Origin: a virus
Direction: 5' to 3' (one strand)
IMG/VR virus record: IMGVR_UViG_3300025326_000018
Location: 14,645 to 78,644 of that record
DNA length: 64,000 nucleotides
The notes below the pieces were generated by a model. That model did no database searches. It was not told the origin of the DNA and saw nothing but the letters and a program-made list of their open reading frames with translations. Numbering within the stretch: position 1 is the stretch's first letter; every line of letters starts with the position of its first letter. Shown one piece after another: positions 30,240 to 38,673 of the stretch. Made by a program: the position numbers and the translations under genes.

Positions 30240-30761
30240 TTTATGTTTACTCGAGAAGTGCTGGATTCAGTACTACCACCGGGCGATGCGCTGAACGCTG
30301 CGGTACGTCGTTCGTTGTTTGAATGCTTCAATGTCGATACGCCCTATGCTATTATTGATTTGGAGTTCTTGCTCGCCGCGATGGCTGGTTTCGTAGAAAT
30401 GCATGCGGGTTTTCGGAAGCAAGAGGAGCAGCCTTGGCAGGTATTGCATTCTCCGGAATACGAGTATGACTGGTCGTACACAATTACTGTTCGCGGCGTT
30501 GACTACAAGCCTCGGTCAAATTACTTGACACTTGAAGGTTGGCCGACGGGTACAACCTGTTGGTTTGTTACTGTTGACTACGGATGGCGTGAGAATATTA
30601 CTGCTCCGGGTCCACTTCTAGCTGTACTTCGTGCGATCATTGTTCTCTGTGCAGTAGTTCGTACGAGTAAGACCGCACCCTCGAAACGCCGTGAAGTTCT
30701 CGAAGTGATGAAACAAATTATGCAGGAAGGTGAAGATGCCGCTGGGACCATTCAAGGTTGA
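30240..30761 (+). CDS. Hypothetical protein
   Basis: AGGAGG RBS before ATG 30240. Confidence 0.5.
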   Translation, partial: FMFTREVLDSVLPPGDALNAAVRRSLFECFNVDTPYAIIDLEFLLAAMAGFVEMHAGFRKQEEQPWQVLHSPEYEYDWSYTITVRGVDYKPRSNYLTLEGWPTGTTCWFVTVDYGWRENITAPGPLLAVLRAIIVLCAVVRTSKTAPSKRREVLEVMKQIMQEGEDAAGTIQG

Positions 30762-31260
30762 GTATTTTATTCCGAGTTCCGACGTTCCGCAGCGGCAAGG
30801 ATTCAAGAAAAAGGCTAGGTTGCTGAATCCCCCGAAGATGCATATGATTGCGGTTGCTGGTGTGAGCTATCGGCAATCAGAGGTTCGACAAGCTGTTCGC
30901 GACTTTAAGGCGGCTAACGGAGCGTATGAGCGCCGCGCCGAGCTTGTTTACGAGAATAATAATTCACACGACCAGCTGGCCGTTGCTGTTTATTTTTTGG
31001 AGTATGCTGTCGGGTATCTACCGCGACAGCTATGTAAAGAGTATCGAGATGCTCTGTCGCGCGTAATTCCGAGCGACCTCAATGAACTTCCAATGTTCTG
31101 CCCTGTTATCTTTGTAGGAGGTGGACCTGGGGAGCACATGGGGTTTCGACTTGCGCTCCCCCGATCTAGTCAAGCCGCAGTGGCGCGAACACGGAAAGCC
31201 AAGACAGGCAAGAAGACAACAGCAGTATCGTACGATTCTAAGATGTTTGAGAGGACGTAG
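30730..31260 (+). CDS. HIRAN domain protein
   Basis: VAGVSYR..LVYENNNSHDQLAVAV..VGYLPR. Confidence 0.75.
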   Translation: MKMPLGPFKVEYFIPSSDVPQRQGFKKKARLLNPPKMHMIAVAGVSYRQSEVRQAVRDFKAANGAYERRAELVYENNNSHDQLAVAVYFLEYAVGYLPRQLCKEYRDALSRVIPSDLNELPMFCPVIFVGGGPGEHMGFRLALPRSSQAAVARTRKAKTGKKTTAVSYDSKMFERT

Positions 31261-31270
31261 AGGAAAAGAA

Positions 31271-31990
31271 ATGTTCGGAAAGAATGTAATAACAAAACCG
31301 TATCCCCATGACGATGGTTCATTGAAGGTACACTCGTTTTGGTACACTATTCAGGGTGAGGGTCCTGATGCTGGCCGACCAGCAGTATTCGTGCGGTTAA
31401 GTCATTGCAATTTAAGGTGTTTTTTCTGCGACACTCAATTCGATACCGGTGAGGTGCGTGAGTGCGTGGAGATTGCGTACGATGTAGTTAAGCTTGCGAT
31501 GACCAACAAATGCCCGTTGGTGGTGATTACCGGAGGCGAACCGTTCCTCCAGAACGTGGGACCATTTATTGTTTTGTTGAATCAGGCCGGGATTGCTGTA
31601 TCGATCGAGACGGCCGGCACCGTGTTTCTTCCTAGCATTCCTCGCTTGTTCGCGAAAGATTCGGTAAACAAGATTGTATGCTCGCCGAAGACCCCGCAGT
31701 TGAGCCCGAACCTCATTCCGCACATCCACTCGCTGAAATACATCATTCGAGCCGGAGAGGTTGATGATGAGGACGGCCTTCCTTGTATGTCAACTCAGAT
31801 CCCCGGAAAGATCACGAAGATTTATCGACCTTGTCAAAGTCTTCCCGAAGGTACGCCTATCTACGTTCAGCCGATGGACGAAGAGAATGAGACTGAACGC
31901 ACGAAGAACATAATGGAAACTGCTGCGGTTTGCATGAAGTTTGGTTACCGTTTGTCGATCCAGTTGCACAAGCTTGTGGGGGTAGATTAA
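31271..31990 (+). CDS. queE: 7-carboxy-7-deazaguanine synthase (radical SAM)
   Basis: TIQGEG..GRPAVFVRL, CNLRCFFC (CxxxCxxC), ITGGEP, IETAG, SPK, LSIQLHK. Confidence 0.9.
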   Translation: MFGKNVITKPYPHDDGSLKVHSFWYTIQGEGPDAGRPAVFVRLSHCNLRCFFCDTQFDTGEVRECVEIAYDVVKLAMTNKCPLVVITGGEPFLQNVGPFIVLLNQAGIAVSIETAGTVFLPSIPRLFAKDSVNKIVCSPKTPQLSPNLIPHIHSLKYIIRAGEVDDEDGLPCMSTQIPGKITKIYRPCQSLPEGTPIYVQPMDEENETERTKNIMETAAVCMKFGYRLSIQLHKLVGVD

Positions 31991-32214
31991 TGAAAGCTCT
32001 CATAATCGTTAGTTGTCTGCTCGGCAGCGGCACGGATTGGTATCCCCGAGGACATTACAAGAGCTGGAAGCAGTGCGAGAATAACATTCGTAAATTCGAG
32101 CGTAGGCTGGTTCTGAAAAAACGCACATTATGCTGGTGCCATCGGAAAGACTACGCTTACCCATACCTGGTGAAACCTCCATTACCTCGTCGTACTGATA
32201 CGGATACAAAGTGA
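31990..32214 (+). CDS. Small exported hypothetical protein
   Basis: TAATG overlap; hydrophobic N-terminus; two Cys pairs. Confidence 0.45.
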   Translation: MKALIIVSCLLGSGTDWYPRGHYKSWKQCENNIRKFERRLVLKKRTLCWCHRKDYAYPYLVKPPLPRRTDTDTK

Positions 32215-32215
32215 A

Positions 32216-33802
32216 ATGGGTGTTATTCCTAAGGCGGCCATTCGACAGTTCCTCGCGCGCGAGCGCGGGGACTACCGAAAGTGGAAGAACTACAAATTTA
32301 ACAAGCTCGATGCGCTGATGGAGAAGCTTCCAGCTCGACCTCCCATCTGGCGTAGGTTACGGAAGCACCAACGCGTCTGTCTTCTGTTAGGGGCCCGGCA
32401 TGGTAGCTGGGCCTTCTTCCTTGATACGGGTTGTGGGAAGACTCTGCTGTCGATTGCCCTCGCTCGATACTTTGAAAAGGTGAAGCGCGGTAAGGTGTTC
32501 CTCGTCTTAGTCCCAAATCGAATCAACATGTTCGAGTGGGGAGACGAGATAACCAAGCATTCTCCGAACACGAAGTATACGATCCTAGGAGGATCAAGCA
32601 AGGAGAAGTGGGCAGCGGTTCAGAAAGGTGACTCGCTGCTCTACGTGACGACGTACATGGGCCTGCTGCATATGGTCTGCAAGACGACTGTGACCAAGAA
32701 AGGTGTCACGAAGATGACACCCTGGGATAAGCAGATCAACGCCCTACTCCGTATTGTGGATGGATTCTTCTTCGACGAGTCTACTGAACTCGGCAACCCC
32801 GACAGTTTGACGTATCGCATTTGTAGACGTTTTGCAAAAGCCAAGAACAAGCTTGTATACCCTCTAACGGGTACGCCTTTCGGAAAAGATCCAAAGCCAC
32901 TATGGGCTCAGATGTTCTTGGTAGATCTCGGCCACAGCTTGGGTGAGACCCTAGGTCTGTTCCGGTCCGCGTTCTACTCCGAGACGATGAACCAGATGTC
33001 TGGATTTCCGGAGTATCATTTCGAGAAGAAGAAGGCTAAACTACTTCATGAATTCATTGCAGCGCGGTCGATTACGTACGAGGCCGAGGCGACGTCGCTA
33101 CCTAAGTTGATCCCCGTAGTAAAAGAAGTCAATATGTCTTCTGATGCTGAGGCGCATTACTACGCTGTACAGGATGAGTTTCGTAGTGCCCTAGAGGTTC
33201 AGGGCCCGAAAGACCTAACGGTAATCAAGAACTCTTTTTTACGTCTCCGGCAAATATCTTCTGGGTTCATTGGCTACCACGATGATGAGACGGGCGAGCG
33301 CGCCTCGCTCGAATTCAAAGACAATCCTAAGCTCGATCTGCTGCTGAGCATACTTGATGAGGTTACACCTCGATACAAGGTTGTGGTCTATTGCCAGTTT
33401 ACAATCTCTGGCGCGATGATTTGCCGAGAATTAACTAAGGTGAAGATAGGTCATCAAAGAATTTATGGTGGGACAAAGGATCAGAAAGTTGTATTGGAAG
33501 CTTTTAAGACAGACGAATCCTGTAGAGTGCTCGTGTTGAATAATGACTGCGGCGGTTTTGGTTTGAATCTACAGATAGCGAGATACGGGATATACTTCGA
33601 GAGTCCTATTTCACCTATCATGAGAAAGCAGACTCGAAGACGAGTGGAGCGGCAAGGTTCGGATCACAGTAGTGTTTTCATCTACGACCTAATCACTCGT
33701 GGCACATACGACCACGCAAATCTTGCAGCGCTAGAAGAAGGCAAGAACTTGCTGGAAGAGGTGCTCCGCGGGAAAGCAAAAGATTTTATTTTCGGAAAGT
33801 AG
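32216..33802 (+). CDS. SNF2-family superfamily 2 helicase
   Basis: DTGCGKT, FFFDES, LTGTP, LRQI, GGFGLNLQ, RRVERQG. Confidence 0.88.
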   Translation: MGVIPKAAIRQFLARERGDYRKWKNYKFNKLDALMEKLPARPPIWRRLRKHQRVCLLLGARHGSWAFFLDTGCGKTLLSIALARYFEKVKRGKVFLVLVPNRINMFEWGDEITKHSPNTKYTILGGSSKEKWAAVQKGDSLLYVTTYMGLLHMVCKTTVTKKGVTKMTPWDKQINALLRIVDGFFFDESTELGNPDSLTYRICRRFAKAKNKLVYPLTGTPFGKDPKPLWAQMFLVDLGHSLGETLGLFRSAFYSETMNQMSGFPEYHFEKKKAKLLHEFIAARSITYEAEATSLPKLIPVVKEVNMSSDAEAHYYAVQDEFRSALEVQGPKDLTVIKNSFLRLRQISSGFIGYHDDETGERASLEFKDNPKLDLLLSILDEVTPRYKVVVYCQFTISGAMICRELTKVKIGHQRIYGGTKDQKVVLEAFKTDESCRVLVLNNDCGGFGLNLQIARYGIYFESPISPIMRKQTRRRVERQGSDHSSVFIYDLITRGTYDHANLAALEEGKNLLEEVLRGKAKDFIFGK

Positions 33803-33861
33803 AGCTCCTTCAGCCTAGTCGAAAGATTGGGATTTTTATTTGTTTGAAGTAAAGTATTCTC

Positions 33862-33895
33862 TTGCGTTAGTATGGATTATAGCTTACACATAATG
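33862..33895 (+). promoter_or_regulatory. Early promoter
   Basis: TTGCGT-N17-TACACATAATG. Confidence 0.8.
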
Positions 33896-33929
33896 AGTAG
33901 GCAGTAGCCTATATACACAGGAGAAGAAA

Positions 33930-34214
33930 ATGACCAACCCTACAAATACCCAGATAGCTGCACGCCTTGTTGAACTTGCGGCCGAGATCGAGTTTGCCGA
34001 GCACAACGTGTGTGCGGTGAACGAGGCGGTCGCGCTCACAGCTATCGGGTTAGCGCAGACTCCAGTGAACGGTCTGATCATTTATACAGACCTGGATGCC
34101 GAGCGCATGGAGGCGGCCATTCAGAACTTCGAGAATATCGTGCGGATGTTCAATTGGGAGCGTGAGCAAGCTGCTCACACCGTTTCGAGGATAATCGAAG
34201 TTTTTGGGTGGTAA
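33930..34214 (+). CDS. Early hypothetical protein
   Basis: ACAGGAG RBS; own promoter and terminator. Confidence 0.65.
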   Translation: MTNPTNTQIAARLVELAAEIEFAEHNVCAVNEAVALTAIGLAQTPVNGLIIYTDLDAERMEAAIQNFENIVRMFNWEREQAAHTVSRIIEVFGW

Positions 34215-34236
34215 TAATCGCCCTCGAGTAGAGAGA

Positions 34237-34266
34237 AGCCCTGCCGAAAGGTGGGGCTTTTTCTTT
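34237..34266 (+). terminator. Rho-independent terminator
   Basis: AGCCCTGCC-GAAA-GGTGGGGCT followed by TTTT. Confidence 0.85.
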
Positions 34267-34285
34267 GTTTGATTTAAAGTATTTC

Positions 34286-34319
34286 TTGTGTAAGTAGTAA
34301 TTATACTTTACATATAATG
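34286..34319 (+). promoter_or_regulatory. Early promoter
   Basis: TTGTGT-N17-TACATATAATG. Confidence 0.75.
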
Positions 34320-34350
34320 CATAGGCAGACAAACACAACGGAGAAAGATT

Positions 34351-34521
34351 ATGAACGAAGAGCAAATGAAGATTTTGGATACAGTGCTTGCTCGCATTCT
34401 TCGGAACTTTCCTGACGCTGCTGAGGACGAGGTCCGGCAAGTTATCGAAGAGGGTTTTATGGCCGGTTGCGAAGATGAATATACGCTAAATCGGTACACT
34501 GAAAAACACTTCAGCTTCTGA
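34351..34521 (+). CDS. Small acidic early protein (56 aa, not in ORF track)
   Basis: GGAG RBS; MNEEQMKILDTVLARILRNFPD..KHFSF; bracketed by promoter and terminator. Confidence 0.65.
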   Translation: MNEEQMKILDTVLARILRNFPDAAEDEVRQVIEEGFMAGCEDEYTLNRYTEKHFSF

Positions 34522-34530
34522 TCAAACAGA

Positions 34531-34560
34531 GGCCCTACCGAAAGGTGGGGCTTTTTATTT
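34531..34560 (+). terminator. Rho-independent terminator
   Basis: GGCCCTACC-GAAA-GGTGGGGCT followed by TTTTATTT. Confidence 0.85.
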
Positions 34561-34580
34561 GTATGACGTAAAGTATTTGC

Positions 34581-34614
34581 TTGCGTTGATAGTAACTTTA
34601 GCTTACATATAATG
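34581..34614 (+). promoter_or_regulatory. Early promoter
   Basis: TTGCGT-N17-TACATATAATG. Confidence 0.8.
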
Positions 34615-34653
34615 AGTAGGCAGCAAGCTTACAACAACTCACAGGAGAAGAAA

Positions 34654-34989
34654 ATGACCAAGCATACATTCCGCAGCATTAAGACCGGCGATGTTCTTGA
34701 GGTTGGGTATCGTGGTCACCTCGACCGCTGCGAATTCCTTGGTTTCACGGACAACAAGACGAAGTACAGCGAAACGCCAGTATTTAAAACTGCCGCTGAG
34801 ATGCTTAAGTTCGCAGGCGTAACCAGCTTCCCCGCTTTGGAGGAGTATCAGGATGCGCAAAATCTCGAGTACGGGCATCACTTTTACGCGGTGTTTAAAG
34901 ACCTGTCGACTGGCGATGTTTTCCAAGCTTACCTTTTCAAGGGTCGCTGGGTTCTTGGCACTTCTGCAGACGTCGCAAAGCTGCGCTAG
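34654..34989 (+). CDS. Early hypothetical protein
   Basis: ACAGGAG RBS; followed by a terminator. Confidence 0.65.
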   Translation: MTKHTFRSIKTGDVLEVGYRGHLDRCEFLGFTDNKTKYSETPVFKTAAEMLKFAGVTSFPALEEYQDAQNLEYGHHFYAVFKDLSTGDVFQAYLFKGRWVLGTSADVAKLR

Positions 34990-34997
34990 TTGAAATC

Positions 34998-35030
34998 GGG
35001 TCGGGTGGAAACACCCGGCCTTTTATTTTG
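34998..35030 (+). terminator. Rho-independent terminator
   Basis: GGTCGGGTG-GAAA-CACCCGGCC followed by TTTTATTTT. Confidence 0.85.
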
Positions 35031-35441
35031 TATTCGACAAGGTTTTTTATTGCAAAAGGTTGTAGTTGGTCTTAAATACAACGGATAGACAGCAAAGATA
35101 TTCAAGCAGAGCAAGTATATTCCGGGGTAGTAAAATCTTTTTAGTTTTTTTGCTTTATTTTATATAAAAGGTATTGCATTACTACAAAGAAGTTACTATA
35201 TTGTATTTATCGGAGCTGCAGAGCAAGTGTCGAAAGACCCCTCAAGGCTCCGAAAGGAAAGGCTCCAGGCCCGACCAGCGACTAGAGAAGACGGTAGAGA
35301 GGACTACCGACCCGAGAAGGGGAACCAGGCACCGAACGGAGCGGAAGCTGGGAACATCAAAAGAAGCTCACGATAAAAAGAAAAAGGACTTCCTGGACCT
35401 TAAACCTACCGGCCGCGAAAGCACACCGGAGAAGACGAAAA

Positions 35442-35509
35442 GTCGAAACCTAGAGGAAAAAAATTCCTCGAAGGTCGTCGGGAGATGAGCTACCCGGCTT
35501 GAATAAGAC
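35442..35509 (+). ncRNA. Variant type II hammerhead-like ribozyme
   Basis: GUC-GAAA-CC..stem III..GG-UC / stem I GUCGGG..CCCGGC / UUGAAUAA-GAC (core variant: U3-A8 plus 1-nt insertion). Confidence 0.5.
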
Positions 35510-35531
35510 AGCTCATTCACAGGAGTAGAAG

Positions 35532-35834
35532 ATGCTTAAAGTTATCGCCCTCGCTGCTTCAGTTGTACTGCTTACAGTCCCAACGGTTTTAGCTGGGGAA
35601 GGTACCGAGAGGTGCGGTGAGAAGGTGACCTGGAAAGGCGTCTGGTGTATCGTTAGCCTAAACGACGCGAAGGCACATTGTACCCTAGCTGCAAAGTATG
35701 AGAATAGGGTCAAGCATGCAGAGGTCGACGGTGACCTCGACGCTGCTCAGATGTATCGCAATCGCGCAGCTTACCAAGCTGCCGAGTGCAAGCGCTTCCT
35801 AGAACTGCACGCCGTAAAGTATCCGACGAAGTAA
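35532..35834 (+). CDS. Exported hypothetical protein
   Basis: Signal peptide MLKVIALAASVVLLTVPTVLA; four Cys. Confidence 0.65.
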   Translation: MLKVIALAASVVLLTVPTVLAGEGTERCGEKVTWKGVWCIVSLNDAKAHCTLAAKYENRVKHAEVDGDLDAAQMYRNRAAYQAAECKRFLELHAVKYPTK

Positions 35835-35907
35835 GCCGAAATCTAGGGGGTGGCGAAAGCTGCCCCCGATGATCGCTGAGGTGTGAGAGACCCCGGCCCG
35901 ATGAGGC
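35835..35907 (+). ncRNA. Type II hammerhead-like ribozyme
   Basis: GCC-GAAA-UC..GGGGGUGGC-GAAA-GCUGCCCCC..GA-UC / stem I GCUGAGGU..ACCCCGGC / CCGAUGA-GGC; predicted cut after C35874. Confidence 0.72.
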
Positions 35908-35931
35908 ATCTCAACTACACAGGATTAGAAA

Positions 35932-36345
35932 ATGTTCCTCGGAGAAGCGAAAAACGTCGGTAATCTTCGTCTCTTGCTAAACGCGAAGATGAATCTTTAT
36001 ACGTCGATGCTGGAGAATCTCAAGACTCAAGCAGAGATGGACGCTGCCTATGCCGGCGAGCACGGTGATGTAACTTTTCATCATCAGGCGCATTGGTTGG
36101 GCTGGTATGCCATCGAGCTTCCAGTAGCGGCGTTCACGGCAGATCAGGCGGCGCGGGTCCTTATCGAGATTAAGGATGCTGCCGACGGCGATGCAATTCC
36201 GGAGCGGATTAAGTCTGAGGCGCTTCGGAACGTTCTTTCGAGCATGAAGTTGGGTAGCCGGTCCACATCGGCTGCAAGCAACTTGGCCGAGGACGCTGTT
36301 CGCGCCTTCTGGGTGGAACTTGGTTCCATCGTGCTAACGAAGTAG
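35932..36345 (+). CDS. Early hypothetical protein
   Basis: ACAGGA RBS; lies between two hammerhead-like elements. Confidence 0.6.
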   Translation: MFLGEAKNVGNLRLLLNAKMNLYTSMLENLKTQAEMDAAYAGEHGDVTFHHQAHWLGWYAIELPVAAFTADQAARVLIEIKDAADGDAIPERIKSEALRNVLSSMKLGSRSTSAASNLAEDAVRAFWVELGSIVLTK

Positions 36346-36346
36346 A

Positions 36347-36417
36347 GCCGAAACCTAGGGGAAGCGAAAGCTTCCCCGATGGTCGTTGTGAGGTGGGAGC
36401 TCACGGCCCGATGAGGC
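36347..36417 (+). ncRNA. Type II hammerhead-like ribozyme
   Basis: GCC-GAAA-CC..GGGGAAGC-GAAA-GCUUCCCC..GG-UC / stem I GUUGUGAG..CUCACGGC / CCGAUGA-GGC; predicted cut after C36384. Confidence 0.75.
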
Positions 36418-36441
36418 ATCCCGATCAAGTAGGAGTTAGTC

Positions 36442-37542
36442 ATGAACCAGTCCGCTAAGAAGTCCGTTTCTATCGCCGCAGCTTGGATCTTTGGTACGGT
36501 GATTTTCGCCATCGTGCTCGTAGCCGGTGGCCTAAGCTTGTATATTAACGTCGTCGTCGGTCTGACGATGGGTATCGCTGGTGCGGTGATGTTCGCTATC
36601 GGCGACGTCACGAAGATGGTTCTGCCGGTTGCCATGCAGGCGGTGGGCAAGACGGTGCTGCTGCGCAGCATCTACTGGATGGTCACACTCGTATCTTTCG
36701 TCTGCGCCTTCCTAGCCACTGCCGATATGTTCGGTACGCAGTTTGTAACGACGCACACGGCGCAGAAGATCGAAACGGTTGGTGCTGAGAACCTAAAGGA
36801 CCTCCGCGCTTCTCTCGATGTGGCGCGCGCGATGATGCTCGCTGAGTCGAAGAACAAAGGTTGTAAGGACAAGTGCACCGCTCTTGTTGCTCGCGTAGAC
36901 ATCCTGGAGAAAGAGATTAAGGTCCAGGTTGTGAAGCAGCAAGCGAACACGACCGCAGAGATGTCGGGGAAGGCGATTCTCGGCCAGACGATGTTCGAGG
37001 TTGCTGGAACCAAAATCGACACGTACACGACGGCGATGATTGTCGTCTTCCAGATGGTGATGATGGAGATGATCAGCCTAATGTCCGGCTTTGCTGCTGG
37101 GATGATTGGCCACGCTATGAAGCTTTCCGCAGATAAGAAAGCGGAGATCATTGCCAAGAAGGTTGCTGCTGAGAAGAAGATTGCTGCTGCCGCGAAGAAG
37201 GTAGAGACGGCAAAGAAGAAAGCGGCTGCGGCCCGGAAGTTGGCAGCGGCAGCGAAGAAGAAGGCGGCTACCGAAGGTCAGGATGCTGAGGCGGCGAAGA
37301 AGCTTGCAGCGGCAGAGAAGATTATCGAAGCCAAGAAGATTGCCCTCGAGAAGAAGAACCTTGCTGCCGCGAAACGTCGCGCTGTCGCAGCCGCGAAGAA
37401 GGCAGCGGCCGAGGCCAAGAAGATTGCCGCCGCAGCGAAGAAGGCAGCCGCTCGCAAGGTTGCAGCCGAGAAGAAGGCTACGCGCAAGACCAGCCCGAAG
37501 GTTGTCCAGCTCGTGCGCAGTCAGGAGAAGATCAGCGCCTAG
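36442..37542 (+). CDS. Multi-pass membrane protein with Ala/Lys-rich (TolA/histone-H1-like) tail
   Basis: Several N-terminal TM helices; C-terminal ~130 aa of AAAKK repeats; AGGAG RBS. Confidence 0.7.
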   Translation: MNQSAKKSVSIAAAWIFGTVIFAIVLVAGGLSLYINVVVGLTMGIAGAVMFAIGDVTKMVLPVAMQAVGKTVLLRSIYWMVTLVSFVCAFLATADMFGTQFVTTHTAQKIETVGAENLKDLRASLDVARAMMLAESKNKGCKDKCTALVARVDILEKEIKVQVVKQQANTTAEMSGKAILGQTMFEVAGTKIDTYTTAMIVVFQMVMMEMISLMSGFAAGMIGHAMKLSADKKAEIIAKKVAAEKKIAAAAKKVETAKKKAAAARKLAAAAKKKAATEGQDAEAAKKLAAAEKIIEAKKIALEKKNLAAAKRRAVAAAKKAAAEAKKIAAAAKKAAARKVAAEKKATRKTSPKVVQLVRSQEKISA

Positions 37543-37546
37543 TAAG

Positions 37547-37578
37547 GTGGCCCAGGAGACTGGGCCACTATTTTCTTT
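37547..37578 (+). terminator. Rho-independent terminator
   Basis: GTGGCCCAG-GAGA-CTGGGCCAC followed by TATTTTCTTT. Confidence 0.75.
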
Positions 37579-37595
37579 CATATACAAAAGGGCGC

Positions 37596-37629
37596 TTGCG
37601 TAAGTAGGCGCTTTACCTTACACATAATG
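37596..37629 (+). promoter_or_regulatory. Early promoter
   Basis: TTGCGT-N17-TACACATAATG. Confidence 0.8.
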
Positions 37630-37654
37630 CATAGGCAGACGCACACAACAGGAG

Positions 37655-38077
37655 ATGAAGATGGCAATTCGTGTATACAAATCCTGGGCGAAGGTCCCAG
37701 GCAAGACTGCTCAGAAGAAATGGGACAAGCTTGTTGCCGATCACGGCGATCTTGCTTCTGTTGAGTGCTTCAAGATTATCCTATCCGATCCTGAGTCTTT
37801 CAAGTATGGGGACGGTCGGGCATATGCTGTGGACGATCACGAGGTTGGTGTTCTGATCGCTGCAAAGTATTTCACGACCGTTCGTAACGTCGGCCGAGGC
37901 GTGCCCAAGGACCGTCGTGAATTCAAGACCTTTGCAGAGGCTGTCGCCGATGCGAACAACGATCCTCAGGTGTTAGTTTACGGTGTCGTGACTGAGATCA
38001 ACTCGACCAGCCTGGCTCCGAAGTACTGGGGCTTCTACGCAGTGATTCTAACAGCGCTGGCTGCGCGTAGTATATAG
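37655..38077 (+). CDS. Early hypothetical protein
   Basis: ACAGGAG RBS. Confidence 0.65.
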   Translation: MKMAIRVYKSWAKVPGKTAQKKWDKLVADHGDLASVECFKIILSDPESFKYGDGRAYAVDDHEVGVLIAAKYFTTVRNVGRGVPKDRREFKTFAEAVADANNDPQVLVYGVVTEINSTSLAPKYWGFYAVILTALAARSI

Positions 38078-38086
38078 GAGATTGAA

Positions 38087-38314
38087 ATGCGGTATCCAGG
38101 ACTACCAGACTCAGTGGCTACAGAGCTGGATCGCAGCGGCCTTGATTGGCACGTGCGGCAGCGAACCAACCATGACGCTATTGTTGTCGGGGGTGAGATT
38201 GTCACCTATTTCGGTAGGAGTCAACCGGGCCCAAGAAATGAACGTAATATGGTTGCTGCTGTGCGTAGGTTTGTGCAAGGACGCGCTGTTAACAAGTACC
38301 GGAAAGTTTCTTAG
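38087..38314 (+). CDS. Small hypothetical protein
   Basis: AGGAG RBS; WHVRQRTNHDAIVVGG..RNMVAAVRR. Confidence 0.5.
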   Translation: MRYPGLPDSVATELDRSGLDWHVRQRTNHDAIVVGGEIVTYFGRSQPGPRNERNMVAAVRRFVQGRAVNKYRKVS

Positions 38315-38333
38315 GGCTCAGACAATTTCTGCA

Positions 38334-38367
38334 TTGCGTTAGTAATCGCTTTACCTTACACATAATG
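38334..38367 (+). promoter_or_regulatory. Early promoter
   Basis: TTGCGT-N17-TACACATAATG. Confidence 0.8.
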
Positions 38368-38401
38368 CATAGGTAGACGAAACACATCACAGGAGACGAA
38401 G

Positions 38402-38629
38402 ATGATTCAGGTTACCCCAGCACACGTCAAAGATGTTCTTGATCGTCCGATTGAGATCGCATCCAAAGGCAACAAACAGTATCGGTATCTGTTGGTATTC
38501 ACTGCGCACCGGCTCGCGTTCGAGATTACACGGCGGTCCAATGCCACGGCGAAGACAACCCTCGTAGCATCGTATGGGGAGGATGTTCTCCAGAACGCGC
38601 TTGATCACTACAACGGCATCACGGTTTAA
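38402..38629 (+). CDS. Early hypothetical protein
   Basis: ACAGGAG RBS. Confidence 0.6.
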   Translation: MIQVTPAHVKDVLDRPIEIASKGNKQYRYLLVFTAHRLAFEITRRSNATAKTTLVASYGEDVLQNALDHYNGITV

Positions 38630-38673
38630 TCTACTAGCGGGGGAGAAATCCCCCGCACCACCCACACAGGAGA

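Noticed and set aside
35174-35488. 104-aa Lys/Arg-rich ORF
   Set aside because: It starts with TTG inside the promoter -35 box, has no RBS, and overlaps structured RNA and a hammerhead-like element.
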